From: a virus
Lineage: Duplodnaviria; Heunggongvirae; Uroviricota; Caudoviricetes
Reading direction: 5' to 3' (one strand)
IMG/VR virus record: IMGVR_UViG_2534682096_000007
DNA length: 26,892 nt
The notes beneath the pieces were generated by a model, which was not told where the DNA came from, searched no databases, and saw only the letters and a program-made list of their open reading frames with translations. Below, piece after piece: positions 7,396 to 16,392 of the stretch (position 1 is its first letter; each line of letters begins with the position of its first letter). The position numbers and the translations under genes are program-made.

Positions 7396-9497
7396 TGCTG
7401 AATCAGGAAACCGCAAAGGCAGCACGAACCGATTCAGGTTATATCCTTCGCGCACCGAGTCGAATGCGGGTTGCTGATGCCGTTGCTCAGTATATGCGGG
7501 TGCCTATGGGGGCAGGGAACTCAGTCCCGTGGGATCCGCTGGTGGCACCGTATGTTATTGAGCCTATGAACTGCCTGGCCTCGCGTGAATACGACGCAGT
7601 GATATTTGTTGGCCCGGCACGAACCGGCAAGACTATCGGCCTGATTGACGGCTGGGTGATTTACAACGTGATTTGCGATCCTGCTGATATGCTGATCATT
7701 CAGATGACGGAGGAAAAAGCCCGCGAACACTCCAAAAAACGACTCGCCAGAACGTTTCGCGTCAGCCCGGAAGTGGTCAGTCGCCTGAGTCCGAACAAAA
7801 ATGACAACAACGTTTATGACAGAACATTCCTTGCTGGCAACTACCTGAAAATCGGCTGGCCGTCAGTCAATATCATGTCTTCATCAGATTATAAATGCGT
7901 GGCGCTGACGGATTATGACCGTTTTCCGGAAGATATTGATGGTGAGGGGGATGCCTTCTCTCTTGCCTCAAAACGTACCACCACATTTATGTCCAGTGGT
8001 ATGACGCTGGTGGAGAGTTCCCCCGGCAGGGATGTGAAGGATGTGAAATGGCGACGGACTTCACCGCATGAGGCTCCACCAACCACGGGGATCCTGTCGC
8101 TCTATAACCGTGGCGATCGCCGTCGCTGGTACTGGCCCTGTCCACACTGTGGTGAGTATTTTCAGCCCTGCGGCGATGTGGTTGCTGGTTTCCGTGATAT
8201 TGCCGATCCTGTGCTGGCAAGTGAGGCGGCTTATATTCAGTGTCCTTCCTGTTCAGGACGGATTTTGCCTGAACAAAAACGCGAGCTGAACGGACGTGGG
8301 GTCTGGTTACGGGATGGTGAATCCATCAATGCAGATGGCAGTCGTTATGGTGATCCCCGGCGTTCACGTATTGCGTCATTCTGGATGGAGGGTCCGGCAG
8401 CTGCTTATCAGACACTCTCGCAACTCGTTTACAAACTGCTTACTGCAGAACAGGAATACGAGACAACCGGAAGTGAAGAGACACTCAAGACGGTTATCAA
8501 TACCGACTGGGGATTACCTTATCTTCCCCGCGCCAGCATGGAGCAACGAAAAAGTGAATTGCTTGAGCAGCGGGCAGAGCCAGTTCCTTCCCGCAGTGTG
8601 CCGGATGGCGTTAATTTCCTTGTGGCGACAGTGGATGTGCAGGCGGGACGTCATCGCCGTTTTGTGGTTCAGGTAACGGGCTATGGCAGCCGTGGCGAAC
8701 GCTGGATTATTGATCGTTACAACATCACGCAGTCATTGCGCGGTGACAGCGACGGGGAGAGCCAGCGAATTGATCCGGCCAGCTATCCGGAAGACTGGGA
8801 TGTCCTGCTGACGGATGTTTTTCATAAAAGCTGGCCGCTGGCCTCCGATCCTTCTCAACAAATGCGACTGATGGCAATGGCGGTGGACTCCGGCGGTGAA
8901 GACGGGGTCACTGATAATGCCTATAAATTCTGGCGTCGTTGCCGTCGTGATGGCCTTGGTAAACGTATTTACCTGTTTAAGGGTGACAGCATCCGGCGCG
9001 CAAAACTGATCAGCCGTACATTCCCTGATAACACCGGACGAACGGGCCGCCGGGCGCAGGCCGCAGGTGATGTGCCGCTCTGGCTTCTTCAGACGGATGC
9101 CCTGAAAGACCGGGTGAATAACGCGTTATGGCGTGACTCGCCAGGTCCCGGCTATGTGCATTTCCCTGACTGGCTGGGGAGCTGGTTTTACGACGAACTG
9201 ACGTATGAAGAGCGGAGCAGTGACGGGAAATGGAGTAAGCCGGGTCGCGGTGCCAACGAAGCTTTTGACCTGATGGTGTATGCCGAGGCTCTGGTCATTC
9301 TGCATGGATACGAAAAGATCCGCTGGCCGGATGCACCGGAGTGGGCGAGCCGGGAAACCTGGCTGGAGTGTGTCCCGGACAGTACCGAACCGTCACCCAC
9401 ACCGGAACCGGTATCCACGCCTGTTAAAAAACAAAAACGGAAGAAAACAGTAACTGACGATGTTAACCCCTGGCTGACTTCCGGAGGATGGTTATGA
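7395..9497 (+). CDS. terminase large subunit, lambda GpA family
   Basis: 700 aa. Walker A P-loop VGPARTGKT near the N-terminus; size and architecture of GpA-type terminases; followed by gpW-like and portal genes. RBS AGGAGGAG 7385-7391. Confidence 0.9.
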   Translation: MLNQETAKAARTDSGYILRAPSRMRVADAVAQYMRVPMGAGNSVPWDPLVAPYVIEPMNCLASREYDAVIFVGPARTGKTIGLIDGWVIYNVICDPADMLIIQMTEEKAREHSKKRLARTFRVSPEVVSRLSPNKNDNNVYDRTFLAGNYLKIGWPSVNIMSSSDYKCVALTDYDRFPEDIDGEGDAFSLASKRTTTFMSSGMTLVESSPGRDVKDVKWRRTSPHEAPPTTGILSLYNRGDRRRWYWPCPHCGEYFQPCGDVVAGFRDIADPVLASEAAYIQCPSCSGRILPEQKRELNGRGVWLRDGESINADGSRYGDPRRSRIASFWMEGPAAAYQTLSQLVYKLLTAEQEYETTGSEETLKTVINTDWGLPYLPRASMEQRKSELLEQRAEPVPSRSVPDGVNFLVATVDVQAGRHRRFVVQVTGYGSRGERWIIDRYNITQSLRGDSDGESQRIDPASYPEDWDVLLTDVFHKSWPLASDPSQQMRLMAMAVDSGGEDGVTDNAYKFWRRCRRDGLGKRIYLFKGDSIRRAKLISRTFPDNTGRTGRRAQAAGDVPLWLLQTDALKDRVNNALWRDSPGPGYVHFPDWLGSWFYDELTYEERSSDGKWSKPGRGANEAFDLMVYAEALVILHGYEKIRWPDAPEWASRETWLECVPDSTEPSPTPEPVSTPVKKQKRKKTVTDDVNPWLTSGGWL

Positions 9498-9706
9498 ACC
9501 AGAATGATATCGAAGCCATGATTCAGCGTTATACGGAAGCTGAAATGGCGGTGCTGGACGGAAAATCCGTCACCTTTAATGGTCAGCAGATGACCATGGA
9601 AAACTTATCTGAGATCCGGCAGGGACGGCAGGAGTGGGAGCGCCGCCTTGCGGCTCTGATTACACGACGACGGGGGCATCCCGGGTACCGGCTGGCGAGG
9701 TTCTGA
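9494..9706 (+). CDS. head-tail joining protein, gpW-like
   Basis: About 70 aa ending ...ITRRRGHPGYRLARF, resembling the lambda gpW C-terminus (...RRRGPAGFYV as I recall it). GGAGG 9483-9487 precedes ATG 9494; an alternative ATG lies at 9488. Stop overlaps the portal start. Confidence 0.75.
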   Translation: MNQNDIEAMIQRYTEAEMAVLDGKSVTFNGQQMTMENLSEIRQGRQEWERRLAALITRRRGHPGYRLARF

Positions 9707-11214
9707 TGGCAATTCTTGATGATGTGATTGGCGTTTTTTCACCAGGATGGAAAGCGGCAAGGCTGCGTTCCCGTGCGGTGATCCAGGCTTATGAGGCCGT
9801 AAAAACGACACGGACACACAAAGCCCGGCGGGAAAACCGAACTGCCGACCAGTTAAGCCAGTACGGGGCCGTGTCGTTACGTGAGCAGGCCCGTTACCTT
9901 GATAACAACCACGATCTGGTTATTGGTGTATTTGACAAGCTGGAAGAACGGGTGGTGGGGAAAAACGGGATTATTGTCGAGCCACATCCGGTATTACGCA
10001 ATGGGGCCATTGCCCGTGATCTGGCAGCGGAGATACGCACCCGATGGAGTGAATGGTCTGTCAGTCCGGAAGTCACCGGGCAGTTTACCCGTCCGATGCT
10101 GGAACGTCTGATGCTGCGTACCTGGCTGCGCGATGGTGAGGTGTTTGCCCAGATGGTTTCCGGGCGCATAAACAGCCTGACGCCTTCTGCCGGTGTTCAT
10201 TTCTGGCTGGAGGCGCTCGAGCCGGACTTTATTCCCATGACCAGTGATGAGAGCAACAGGCTGAATCAGGGCGTGTTTGTTGATGACTGGGGGCGTCCCG
10301 AAAAATATCTGGTGTATAAAAGCCGTCCCGTATCCGGGCGGCAGATGGAAACCAAAGAAGTGGATGCAGAGCGAATGCTGCATCTTAAATTTGTTCGCCG
10401 TCTGCACCAGATGCGCGGGACGTCTTTGTTGTCCGGTGTGCTGATCCGCCTCAGTGCCCTGAAAGAGTATGAAGATTCTGAGCTGACTGCAGCAAGGATC
10501 GCCGCTGCTCTGGGGATGTACATCCGGAAAGGCGACGGGCAGAGCTATGAACCGGATGGTAATGACAGCAAGGAGAATGAACGCGAGCTTACCATTCAGC
10601 CAGGCATTATTTACGACGATCTGAAACCCGGCGAAGAAATCGGAATGGTGAAGTCGGATCGTCCCAATCCTAACCTTGAAACTTTTCGTAATGGTCAGTT
10701 GCGTGCCGTGGCGGCGGGCAGTCGTCTGAGTTTTTCCAGTACGGCACGCAACTATAACGGCACTTACAGCGCCCAGCGTCAGGAGCTGGTTGAATCCACT
10801 GATGGCTACCTGATCCTGCAGGACTGGTTTATTGGTGCCGTCACCCGCCCGATGTATCGTGCCTGGCTGAAACAGGCTGTGGCATCCGGTGTTATCAGGC
10901 TACCCCGCGATCTTGATCGTTCTTCACTGTATACCGCGGTGTATTCCGGACCGGTGATGCCGTGGATTGACCCTGTTAAGGAGGCTGAGGCCTGGAAAAT
11001 TCAGATTCGTGGTGGAGCGGCGACAGAATCAGACTGGGTACGTGCAGGTGGTCGTAATCCGGATGATGTCAAACGTCGGCGCAAGGCCGAAATTGATGAA
11101 AACCGCAAGCTGGATCTGGTATTTGATACCGATCCGGCCAGTGATAAAGGAGGCAGCAGTGCCGCAACGAAACGACAGGAGCCGCAGCACACCGACGACC
11201 AGTCCGAAGAATAA
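9706..11214 (+). CDS. portal protein (lambda gpB-like)
   Basis: 502 aa starting at ATG 9706, which overlaps the gpW stop (TGATG). Size and position are typical for a portal between gpW and the head protease. The upstream extension to 9634 in the ORF track is rejected. Confidence 0.85.
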   Translation: MAILDDVIGVFSPGWKAARLRSRAVIQAYEAVKTTRTHKARRENRTADQLSQYGAVSLREQARYLDNNHDLVIGVFDKLEERVVGKNGIIVEPHPVLRNGAIARDLAAEIRTRWSEWSVSPEVTGQFTRPMLERLMLRTWLRDGEVFAQMVSGRINSLTPSAGVHFWLEALEPDFIPMTSDESNRLNQGVFVDDWGRPEKYLVYKSRPVSGRQMETKEVDAERMLHLKFVRRLHQMRGTSLLSGVLIRLSALKEYEDSELTAARIAAALGMYIRKGDGQSYEPDGNDSKENERELTIQPGIIYDDLKPGEEIGMVKSDRPNPNLETFRNGQLRAVAAGSRLSFSSTARNYNGTYSAQRQELVESTDGYLILQDWFIGAVTRPMYRAWLKQAVASGVIRLPRDLDRSSLYTAVYSGPVMPWIDPVKEAEAWKIQIRGGAATESDWVRAGGRNPDDVKRRRKAEIDENRKLDLVFDTDPASDKGGSSAATKRQEPQHTDDQSEE

Positions 11215-11227
11215 TTCCTGGTTCAGG

Positions 11228-13186
11228 ATGCAGGCAGGTCACCAGAGTGACGCGGATATTTATATTTATGACGAGATTGGTTTCTGGGGTGTTACAGCGA
11301 AGCAGTTTATCAGTGATCTGAATGCACTGGGCGATATCACCCACATTAATCTCCATATTAATTCACCGGGTGGCGATGTCTTTGAAGGCATCGCCATTTT
11401 TAATGCACTGAAAACACATGGTGCGTCCATTACCGTTTATGTCGACGGTGTGGCGGCGTCAATGGCGTCGGTCATTGCGATGGTGGGAAACCCGGTCATT
11501 ATGCCGGAAAACTCCTTCATGATGATTCATAAACCATTTGGCTTTACGGGCGGTGATGCGGAGGACATGCGCACCTATGCCGACCTGCTCGATAAAGTTG
11601 AGGCGGTTCTGTTACCCGCTTATGCACAGAAAACCGGGAAAACCACCGATGAAATTGCTGCCATGCTGGCGGATGAGACCTGGATGTCCGGTGCCGAATG
11701 TCTGGCACAGGGATTTGCTGATCAGGTGACACCAGCCGTTAAGGCAATGGCATGTATTCAGTCAAAACGTACAGAGGAATTTAAAAAGATGCCGGAATCC
11801 ATTCGAAACATGATTACTCCGCCACGCAACAGTGCTCCACGCGTACAGGATGATGAACCTGCAGCCTCCCGGACGCCAGTGCAGGCAGCAGCACCCGTGG
11901 TGGATGAAAACAGTATCCGTGCGCAGGTACTGGCAGAGCAAAAAGCGCGTGTAAACGGTATTAATGATCTGTTTGCCATGTTTGGCGGGCGTTATCAGAC
12001 GCTGCAGGCCCAGTGTCTTGCCGATCCTGAATGTTCGCTGGAGCAGGCCCGTGAAAAGCTGTTGAACGAGATGGGGCGCGAGTCCACGCCATCCAATAAA
12101 AATACCCCGGCTCATATTTATGCCGGTAACGGTAATTTTGTGGGGGACGGGATTCGCCAGGCGCTGATGGCGCGTGCCGGATTTGAAAAAACCGAACGTG
12201 ATAATGTCTACAACGGGATGACCCTGCGTGAATATGCCCGTATGTCACTAACTGAACGGGGTATTGGGGTTTCCGGTTATAACCCGATGCAGATGGTCGG
12301 TGCGGCGTTCACACACAGTACGTCTGACTTCGGTAATATTCTGCTGGATGTTGCGAACAAAGCCATTCTGCAGGGCTGGGAAGATGCCCCTGAAACCTAT
12401 GAACAGTGGACGCGGAAAGGTCAGTTGTCTGATTTTAAAATTGCCCATCGTGTGGGTATGGGGGGCTTCAGTGCTCTACGTCAGGTGCGTGAAGGGGCGG
12501 AATATAAATACGTCACCACCGGAGATAAACAGGCCACTATTGCACTGGCGACCTATGGCGAGCTGTTCAGTATCACCCGTCAGGCCATTATCAATGATGA
12601 TCTGAATATGCTGACCGATGTCCCGATGAAACTGGGCCGTGCGGCGAAATCCACTATTGCCGATCTGGTTTATGCCATTCTGACGTCTAACCCGAAAATC
12701 TCCACAGATAATGTAAGTCTGTTCGATAAAGCGAAACATGCAAACGTACTGGAGAGCGCTGCAATGGACGTGGCATCGCTGGATAAAGCCCGCCAGTTGA
12801 TGCGCGTTCAGAAAGAGGGGGAGCGTCATCTGAATATTCGTCCTGCGTTCGTACTGGTACCGACGGCGATGGAGTCTGTTGCTAACCAGGTCATTCGCTC
12901 CTCAAGTGTCAAGGGGGCTGACATTAACGCCGGTATTATTAACCCGGTGAAAGATTTTGCGACCGTTATTGCAGAGCCTCGTCTTGATGATAACAGCCAG
13001 ACCACCTTCTACCTGGCTGCGTCAAAAGGCTCCGATACGATTGAAGTGGCTTATCTCAACGGTGTGGATACGCCATATATTGATCAGATGGAGGGCTTCA
13101 GTGTGGATGGCGTGACAACGAAAGTGCGTATTGACGCCGGTGTCGCGCCAGTTGATCACCGCGGTCTGGTGAAATGTACGGCGTAA
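11228..13186 (+). CDS. fused prohead protease (ClpP-like, S14/S49) and major capsid protein
   Basis: 652 aa from ATG 11228, just after the portal stop. N-terminal about 190 aa is ClpP-like with catalytic-serine motif GVAASMASV. Central helical linker. C-terminal about 330 aa is major-capsid-like. The track start at 10967 overlaps the portal gene and is rejected. Confidence 0.8.
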   Translation: MQAGHQSDADIYIYDEIGFWGVTAKQFISDLNALGDITHINLHINSPGGDVFEGIAIFNALKTHGASITVYVDGVAASMASVIAMVGNPVIMPENSFMMIHKPFGFTGGDAEDMRTYADLLDKVEAVLLPAYAQKTGKTTDEIAAMLADETWMSGAECLAQGFADQVTPAVKAMACIQSKRTEEFKKMPESIRNMITPPRNSAPRVQDDEPAASRTPVQAAAPVVDENSIRAQVLAEQKARVNGINDLFAMFGGRYQTLQAQCLADPECSLEQAREKLLNEMGRESTPSNKNTPAHIYAGNGNFVGDGIRQALMARAGFEKTERDNVYNGMTLREYARMSLTERGIGVSGYNPMQMVGAAFTHSTSDFGNILLDVANKAILQGWEDAPETYEQWTRKGQLSDFKIAHRVGMGGFSALRQVREGAEYKYVTTGDKQATIALATYGELFSITRQAIINDDLNMLTDVPMKLGRAAKSTIADLVYAILTSNPKISTDNVSLFDKAKHANVLESAAMDVASLDKARQLMRVQKEGERHLNIRPAFVLVPTAMESVANQVIRSSSVKGADINAGIINPVKDFATVIAEPRLDDNSQTTFYLAASKGSDTIEVAYLNGVDTPYIDQMEGFSVDGVTTKVRIDAGVAPVDHRGLVKCTA

Positions 13187-13272
13187 ACGTCGCAGACAAC
13201 AACTCTGATGGCCCGTAAGGGCTTTTTTTGTACCTGAAATCAGCCCCTGAACGGGGCTGTGCGGAGACAGTT

Positions 13273-13596
13273 ATGGCAAAGAATTTTGTAGAAGAAGGAA
13301 AAACGGTGGCGATTGTTGCCAGTGCAGCCATCAGCAGCGGAGATCTGGTGCAGGTGGGCGATGTTTTTGCGGTGGCGCTGACCGATATTCCACAGGGTGA
13401 AACAGGCGACGGCATGACCGAAGGTGTGTTTATGCTGCCTAAGCTGAAAACGGATGACATGAAAACGGGTAAGAAGGTTTATCTGAAGTCCGGAAAAGTT
13501 CAGCTGACTAACAGCGGCTCTGATCCGCTGGTCGGGGTTGTCTGGGCAGATGCCGGAACCAGTGCAGAAGAAGTGCCGGTAAAACTCAATGTCTGA
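13273..13596 (+). CDS. DUF2190-like small phage head protein (putative decoration/cement protein)
   Basis: 107 aa from ATG 13273 (RBS GGAGACAG upstream), directly after the capsid gene. Gly/Val-rich, predicted beta-rich. Family assignment is tentative. Confidence 0.5.
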   Translation: MAKNFVEEGKTVAIVASAAISSGDLVQVGDVFAVALTDIPQGETGDGMTEGVFMLPKLKTDDMKTGKKVYLKSGKVQLTNSGSDPLVGVVWADAGTSAEEVPVKLNV

Positions 13597-13864
13597 TCCC
13601 TTTTCCCGGCTGGCAGCGCGTATGGATGCTATCACGGTTAGAAAGATGGGAAAGACAGCCTCGATTAATGATGTCGATATGACTGTGATCCCGGGAGAAA
13701 CACTGGCAGAGCTGAATGCTCTGTCCGGACCTGCGGTCTCTCTGGTGGTGTTTTCTTCGGGATACCGCCCACGGCGCGGGGATCGCGTTGTTTATGACGG
13801 ACAACAATGGACGGTCACACGGCATGAACGTTTTAACGGTAAGCCAATGATCTTTATTGAGTAA
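13589..13864 (+). CDS. small head-tail connector / tail attachment protein (in the lambda FII position)
   Basis: 91 aa. Start overlaps the preceding stop (translational coupling). Sits between head genes and tail gene Z. Assignment is positional. Confidence 0.4.
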   Translation: MSDPFSRLAARMDAITVRKMGKTASINDVDMTVIPGETLAELNALSGPAVSLVVFSSGYRPRRGDRVVYDGQQWTVTRHERFNGKPMIFIE

Positions 13865-13875
13865 AGAGGTGTGGG

Positions 13876-14454
13876 ATGAAGGGGCTTGAGAATGCCATCC
13901 GTAATCTGAACAGCCTTGATACCCGTATGGTGCCACAGGCCAGCGCATGGGCGATAAACCGTGTGGCACAGAAAGCGGTCTCGGTCGCCACCCGGCAGGT
14001 TGCCGGGAATACCGTTGCGGGAGATAACCAGGTGAAAGGGATCCCCCTGAAACTGGTACGTCAGCGTGTCCGGGTGTTTAAAGCCAGTCCGTCAGGAAAA
14101 ATGACGGCCAGGATCCGCGTTAACCGGGGCAATCTGCCCGCTATTAAGCTGGGGACAGCCCGGGTCAGACTGGCCCGGCGTGGTGGAAAACAGCAGTACC
14201 GTGGCAGTGTGCTGAAGGTGGGTAAATATCTTTTCCGGGATGCGTTTATTCAGCAACTGGCGAATGGTCGCTGGCATGTGATGCGGCGTATTGATGGCAA
14301 AAATCGTTACCCCATTGATGTGGTGAAAGTCCCGCTGTCCGGACCGCTGACACAGGCATTTGAAGATGCCCGCGACCGCATTATTGCTGCGGAAATGCCG
14401 AAACAGCTGGGGTATGCACTGAAACAACAACTGAGGTTATGGCTGACCCGATGA
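13876..14454 (+). CDS. Z: minor tail protein Z (tail terminator/completion)
   Basis: 192 aa, the same length as lambda gpZ, and first gene of a lambda-order tail cluster. RBS AAAGAGG upstream. Confidence 0.8.
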   Translation: MKGLENAIRNLNSLDTRMVPQASAWAINRVAQKAVSVATRQVAGNTVAGDNQVKGIPLKLVRQRVRVFKASPSGKMTARIRVNRGNLPAIKLGTARVRLARRGGKQQYRGSVLKVGKYLFRDAFIQQLANGRWHVMRRIDGKNRYPIDVVKVPLSGPLTQAFEDARDRIIAAEMPKQLGYALKQQLRLWLTR

Positions 14455-14852
14455 ACCGACATACACAAATCCGCCAGGCCGTACTGGCACGCCTTCGGGA
14501 ACAGTGTGGAGACAGCGCCACGTTTTTTGACGGGCTTCCGGCATTTATTGATGCGCAGGAACTGCCTGCCGTGGCGGTGTGGCTGAGTGATGCTCAGTAC
14601 ACCGGAAAAATGACGGATGAAGATGACTGGCAGGCTGTTCTGCATATTGCTGTCTTCATCCGGGCACAGGCACCGGATTCAGAGCTGGATATGTGGATGG
14701 AGAGCACCATTTTCCCGGCCCTGAATGATATACCGGCACTTTCCGGACTCATCGACACCCTGATCCCTCTCGGTTTTAACTATCAACGTGATAATGAGAT
14801 GGCCACCTGGGCGATGGCGGAAATCACGTACCAGATCACGTACACGAATTAA
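14451..14852 (+). CDS. U: minor tail protein U (tail terminator)
   Basis: 133 aa from ATG 14451; contains ...ATFFDG.P...PAVAV.L....YTG......W.A.LHI.VF..AQ.PDSELD.WMES.I.P...DIPALS.LI... closely matching lambda gpU as recalled. An upstream in-frame ATG at 14439 is an alternative start. Confidence 0.88.
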   Translation: MNRHTQIRQAVLARLREQCGDSATFFDGLPAFIDAQELPAVAVWLSDAQYTGKMTDEDDWQAVLHIAVFIRAQAPDSELDMWMESTIFPALNDIPALSGLIDTLIPLGFNYQRDNEMATWAMAEITYQITYTN

Positions 14853-14863
14853 AGGAGGTGGCA

Positions 14864-15607
14864 ATGACCACACCAAATCCACTGGCAAAAACGAAAGGTG
14901 CGGGAACGACGTTCTGGATGTACACCGGCAAGGGCGATGCGTTTGCGAACCCTTTATCGGACACTGACTGGCTGCGTCTTGCGATGGTGAAGGATCTGCA
15001 ACCTGGCGAAATGACCGCTGATGCAGAAGATGACACTTATCTCGATGATGAAGATGCAGACTGGAAAACGACAACCCAGGGGCAGAAATCCGTCGGTGAT
15101 ACTTCGGCGACGCTGGCCTGGCGTCCGGGTGACAGCGGGCAGAAAAAACTGGTTCAGTTGTTCGACTCCGGTGAAGTCTGCGCGTTTCGTATCAAATATC
15201 CCAACGGCACTGTTGATGTTTTCCGTGGCTGGCTGAGCTCACTGGGTAAAACCATTGCCTCAAAAGACGTGATGACCCGCACAGTGAAAATCAGCGGTGT
15301 GGGGCGTCCGTATCTGGCAGAGGAAGGCACTGAAACAGTGAGCGTTACCGGGCTGACGGTGGCACCGGCATCTGCCAGTGTAAAAGTGGGAGCAACCACC
15401 ACGCTGACCTTTACAGTAAAACCTGACGGAGCCAGTGACAAAGCGATCAGTGTGCATTCGACAGATCCACAGACTGCCACGGTGACCCTGAACGGGCTTG
15501 TGGCCACGGTGAAAGGCGTGAAGCAGGGCAGTGTCAGCATTGTGGGCATGACTTCTGACGGCGATTTTGTGGCAGTGGCTGCGGTGGCTGTCAGCGCCGC
15601 AGGTTAA
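14864..15607 (+). CDS. V: major tail protein V (with C-terminal Ig-like domain)
   Basis: 247 aa from ATG 14864 (RBS AAGGAGG 14852-14858). ...KGAGTT.W.Y.G.GD..ANPLSD.DW.RLA.VKDL.PGE.TA...DD.YLDDEDADW... closely matches lambda gpV as recalled. Confidence 0.92.
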   Translation: MTTPNPLAKTKGAGTTFWMYTGKGDAFANPLSDTDWLRLAMVKDLQPGEMTADAEDDTYLDDEDADWKTTTQGQKSVGDTSATLAWRPGDSGQKKLVQLFDSGEVCAFRIKYPNGTVDVFRGWLSSLGKTIASKDVMTRTVKISGVGRPYLAEEGTETVSVTGLTVAPASASVKVGATTTLTFTVKPDGASDKAISVHSTDPQTATVTLNGLVATVKGVKQGSVSIVGMTSDGDFVAVAAVAVSAAG

Positions 15608-15627
15608 CAGGACGATACTCATCATTT

Positions 15628-15651
15628 GCCCCGGTTATCCGGGGCTTTTTT
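15628..15651 (+). terminator. intrinsic-terminator-like hairpin between V and G
   Basis: Perfect 7-bp stem GCCCCGG (15628-15634) / CCGGGGC (15639-15645), loop TTAT, then TTTTTT. Confidence 0.6.
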
Positions 15652-15667
15652 GCAGGTGGAGAACATG

Positions 15668-16054
15668 ATGTTTCTGAAACAGGGCACGTTTAATTATGAA
15701 AAGCAGTCCGTGGTGCTCAGTGAGCTGTCCGGGCTGCAGAGAATTGAATATCTGGCGTTTGTTCAGCAGCGAACGGCAAAGTTTGATGCCGAAGAGGGAG
15801 AACTGCCGGAGGCTGAACGACAGATTGCTTTTCTGCGGATGGGGATGGATATCAATGCCTGGCTGGTTTCCCGCTCACTGTGGAATGCGGAACAGTCTCA
15901 GGATGTTGAGACGCTTTGCGCATCCGTTATTACAACATGGTCGTATGATGCCCTGGGAGCGGGGGCGGAGATGGTTCTGTCGCTGAGCGGTATGGGAGTC
16001 ATTGAGAATGCCGGGGATTTGGAGCATGAGGTGCTGACGCCGGAAAAGTCCTGA
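15668..16054 (+). CDS. G: tail assembly chaperone G
   Basis: 128 aa from ATG 15668 (MFLKQGTFNYEK...SVVLSELSGLQRIEYLAF...), matching the lambda gpG N-terminus MFLKTESFEHNGVTVTLSELSALQRIEHLA as recalled. RBS GGTGGAG 15655-15661. The track start at 15626 lies inside the terminator hairpin and is rejected. Confidence 0.88.
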   Translation: MFLKQGTFNYEKQSVVLSELSGLQRIEYLAFVQQRTAKFDAEEGELPEAERQIAFLRMGMDINAWLVSRSLWNAEQSQDVETLCASVITTWSYDALGAGAEMVLSLSGMGVIENAGDLEHEVLTPEKS

Positions 16055-16392
16055 CGCGGGAAATGCAGTTTGTCATGCGGCTTGCCCGGGAGTTCCGGCG
16101 GGCAGACTGGCGGCGGATGCTGTCGGAAATGTCGGCCACTGAGCTTGGTGAGTGGGGCGATTATTTCCGGATGCAGAGCTTCAGTGATGTGTGGATGGAT
16201 GCGCAGTTTGCCTCGCTGAAGGCATTGATCGTGAGAATGGTGTCCGGTAGCAGTGATGCTGCGGTGGCTGATTTCAGCCTTTTACCGGAAGAGAACGGGA
16301 TACCGGAGCGAACGGACGAAGAACTGATGCATCTTGGGGAAGGTATTTCCGGAGGTGTGCGTTATGGACCAGATAGCCAACTTGGTCATTGA
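15668..16392 (+). CDS. T: tail assembly chaperone GT, predicted product of a programmed -1 ribosomal frameshift from G into the T frame
   Basis: The T reading frame (stop at 16390-16392) is the -1 frame relative to G and is open from 16030, overlapping the last 8 codons of G. A slippery-like heptamer G_GAA_AAG lies at 16042-16048 (lambda uses G_GGA_AAG). There is no credible independent start/RBS for T; ATG 16063 is internal. Confidence 0.6.

Noticed and set aside
9634-9705. Upstream extension of the portal ORF (track start 9634)
   Set aside because: The extension overlaps the gpW-like gene. ATG 9706 overlaps the gpW stop (TGATG), as expected for translational coupling.
10967-11227. Upstream extension of the protease-capsid ORF (track start 10967)
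   Set aside because: The extension lies inside the portal gene in another frame. ATG 11228 is the first start after the portal stop.
15626-15667. Track start of the G ORF at 15626
   Set aside because: It lies inside the terminator hairpin after V. Lambda-like N-terminus MFLK begins at ATG 15668, which has an RBS.
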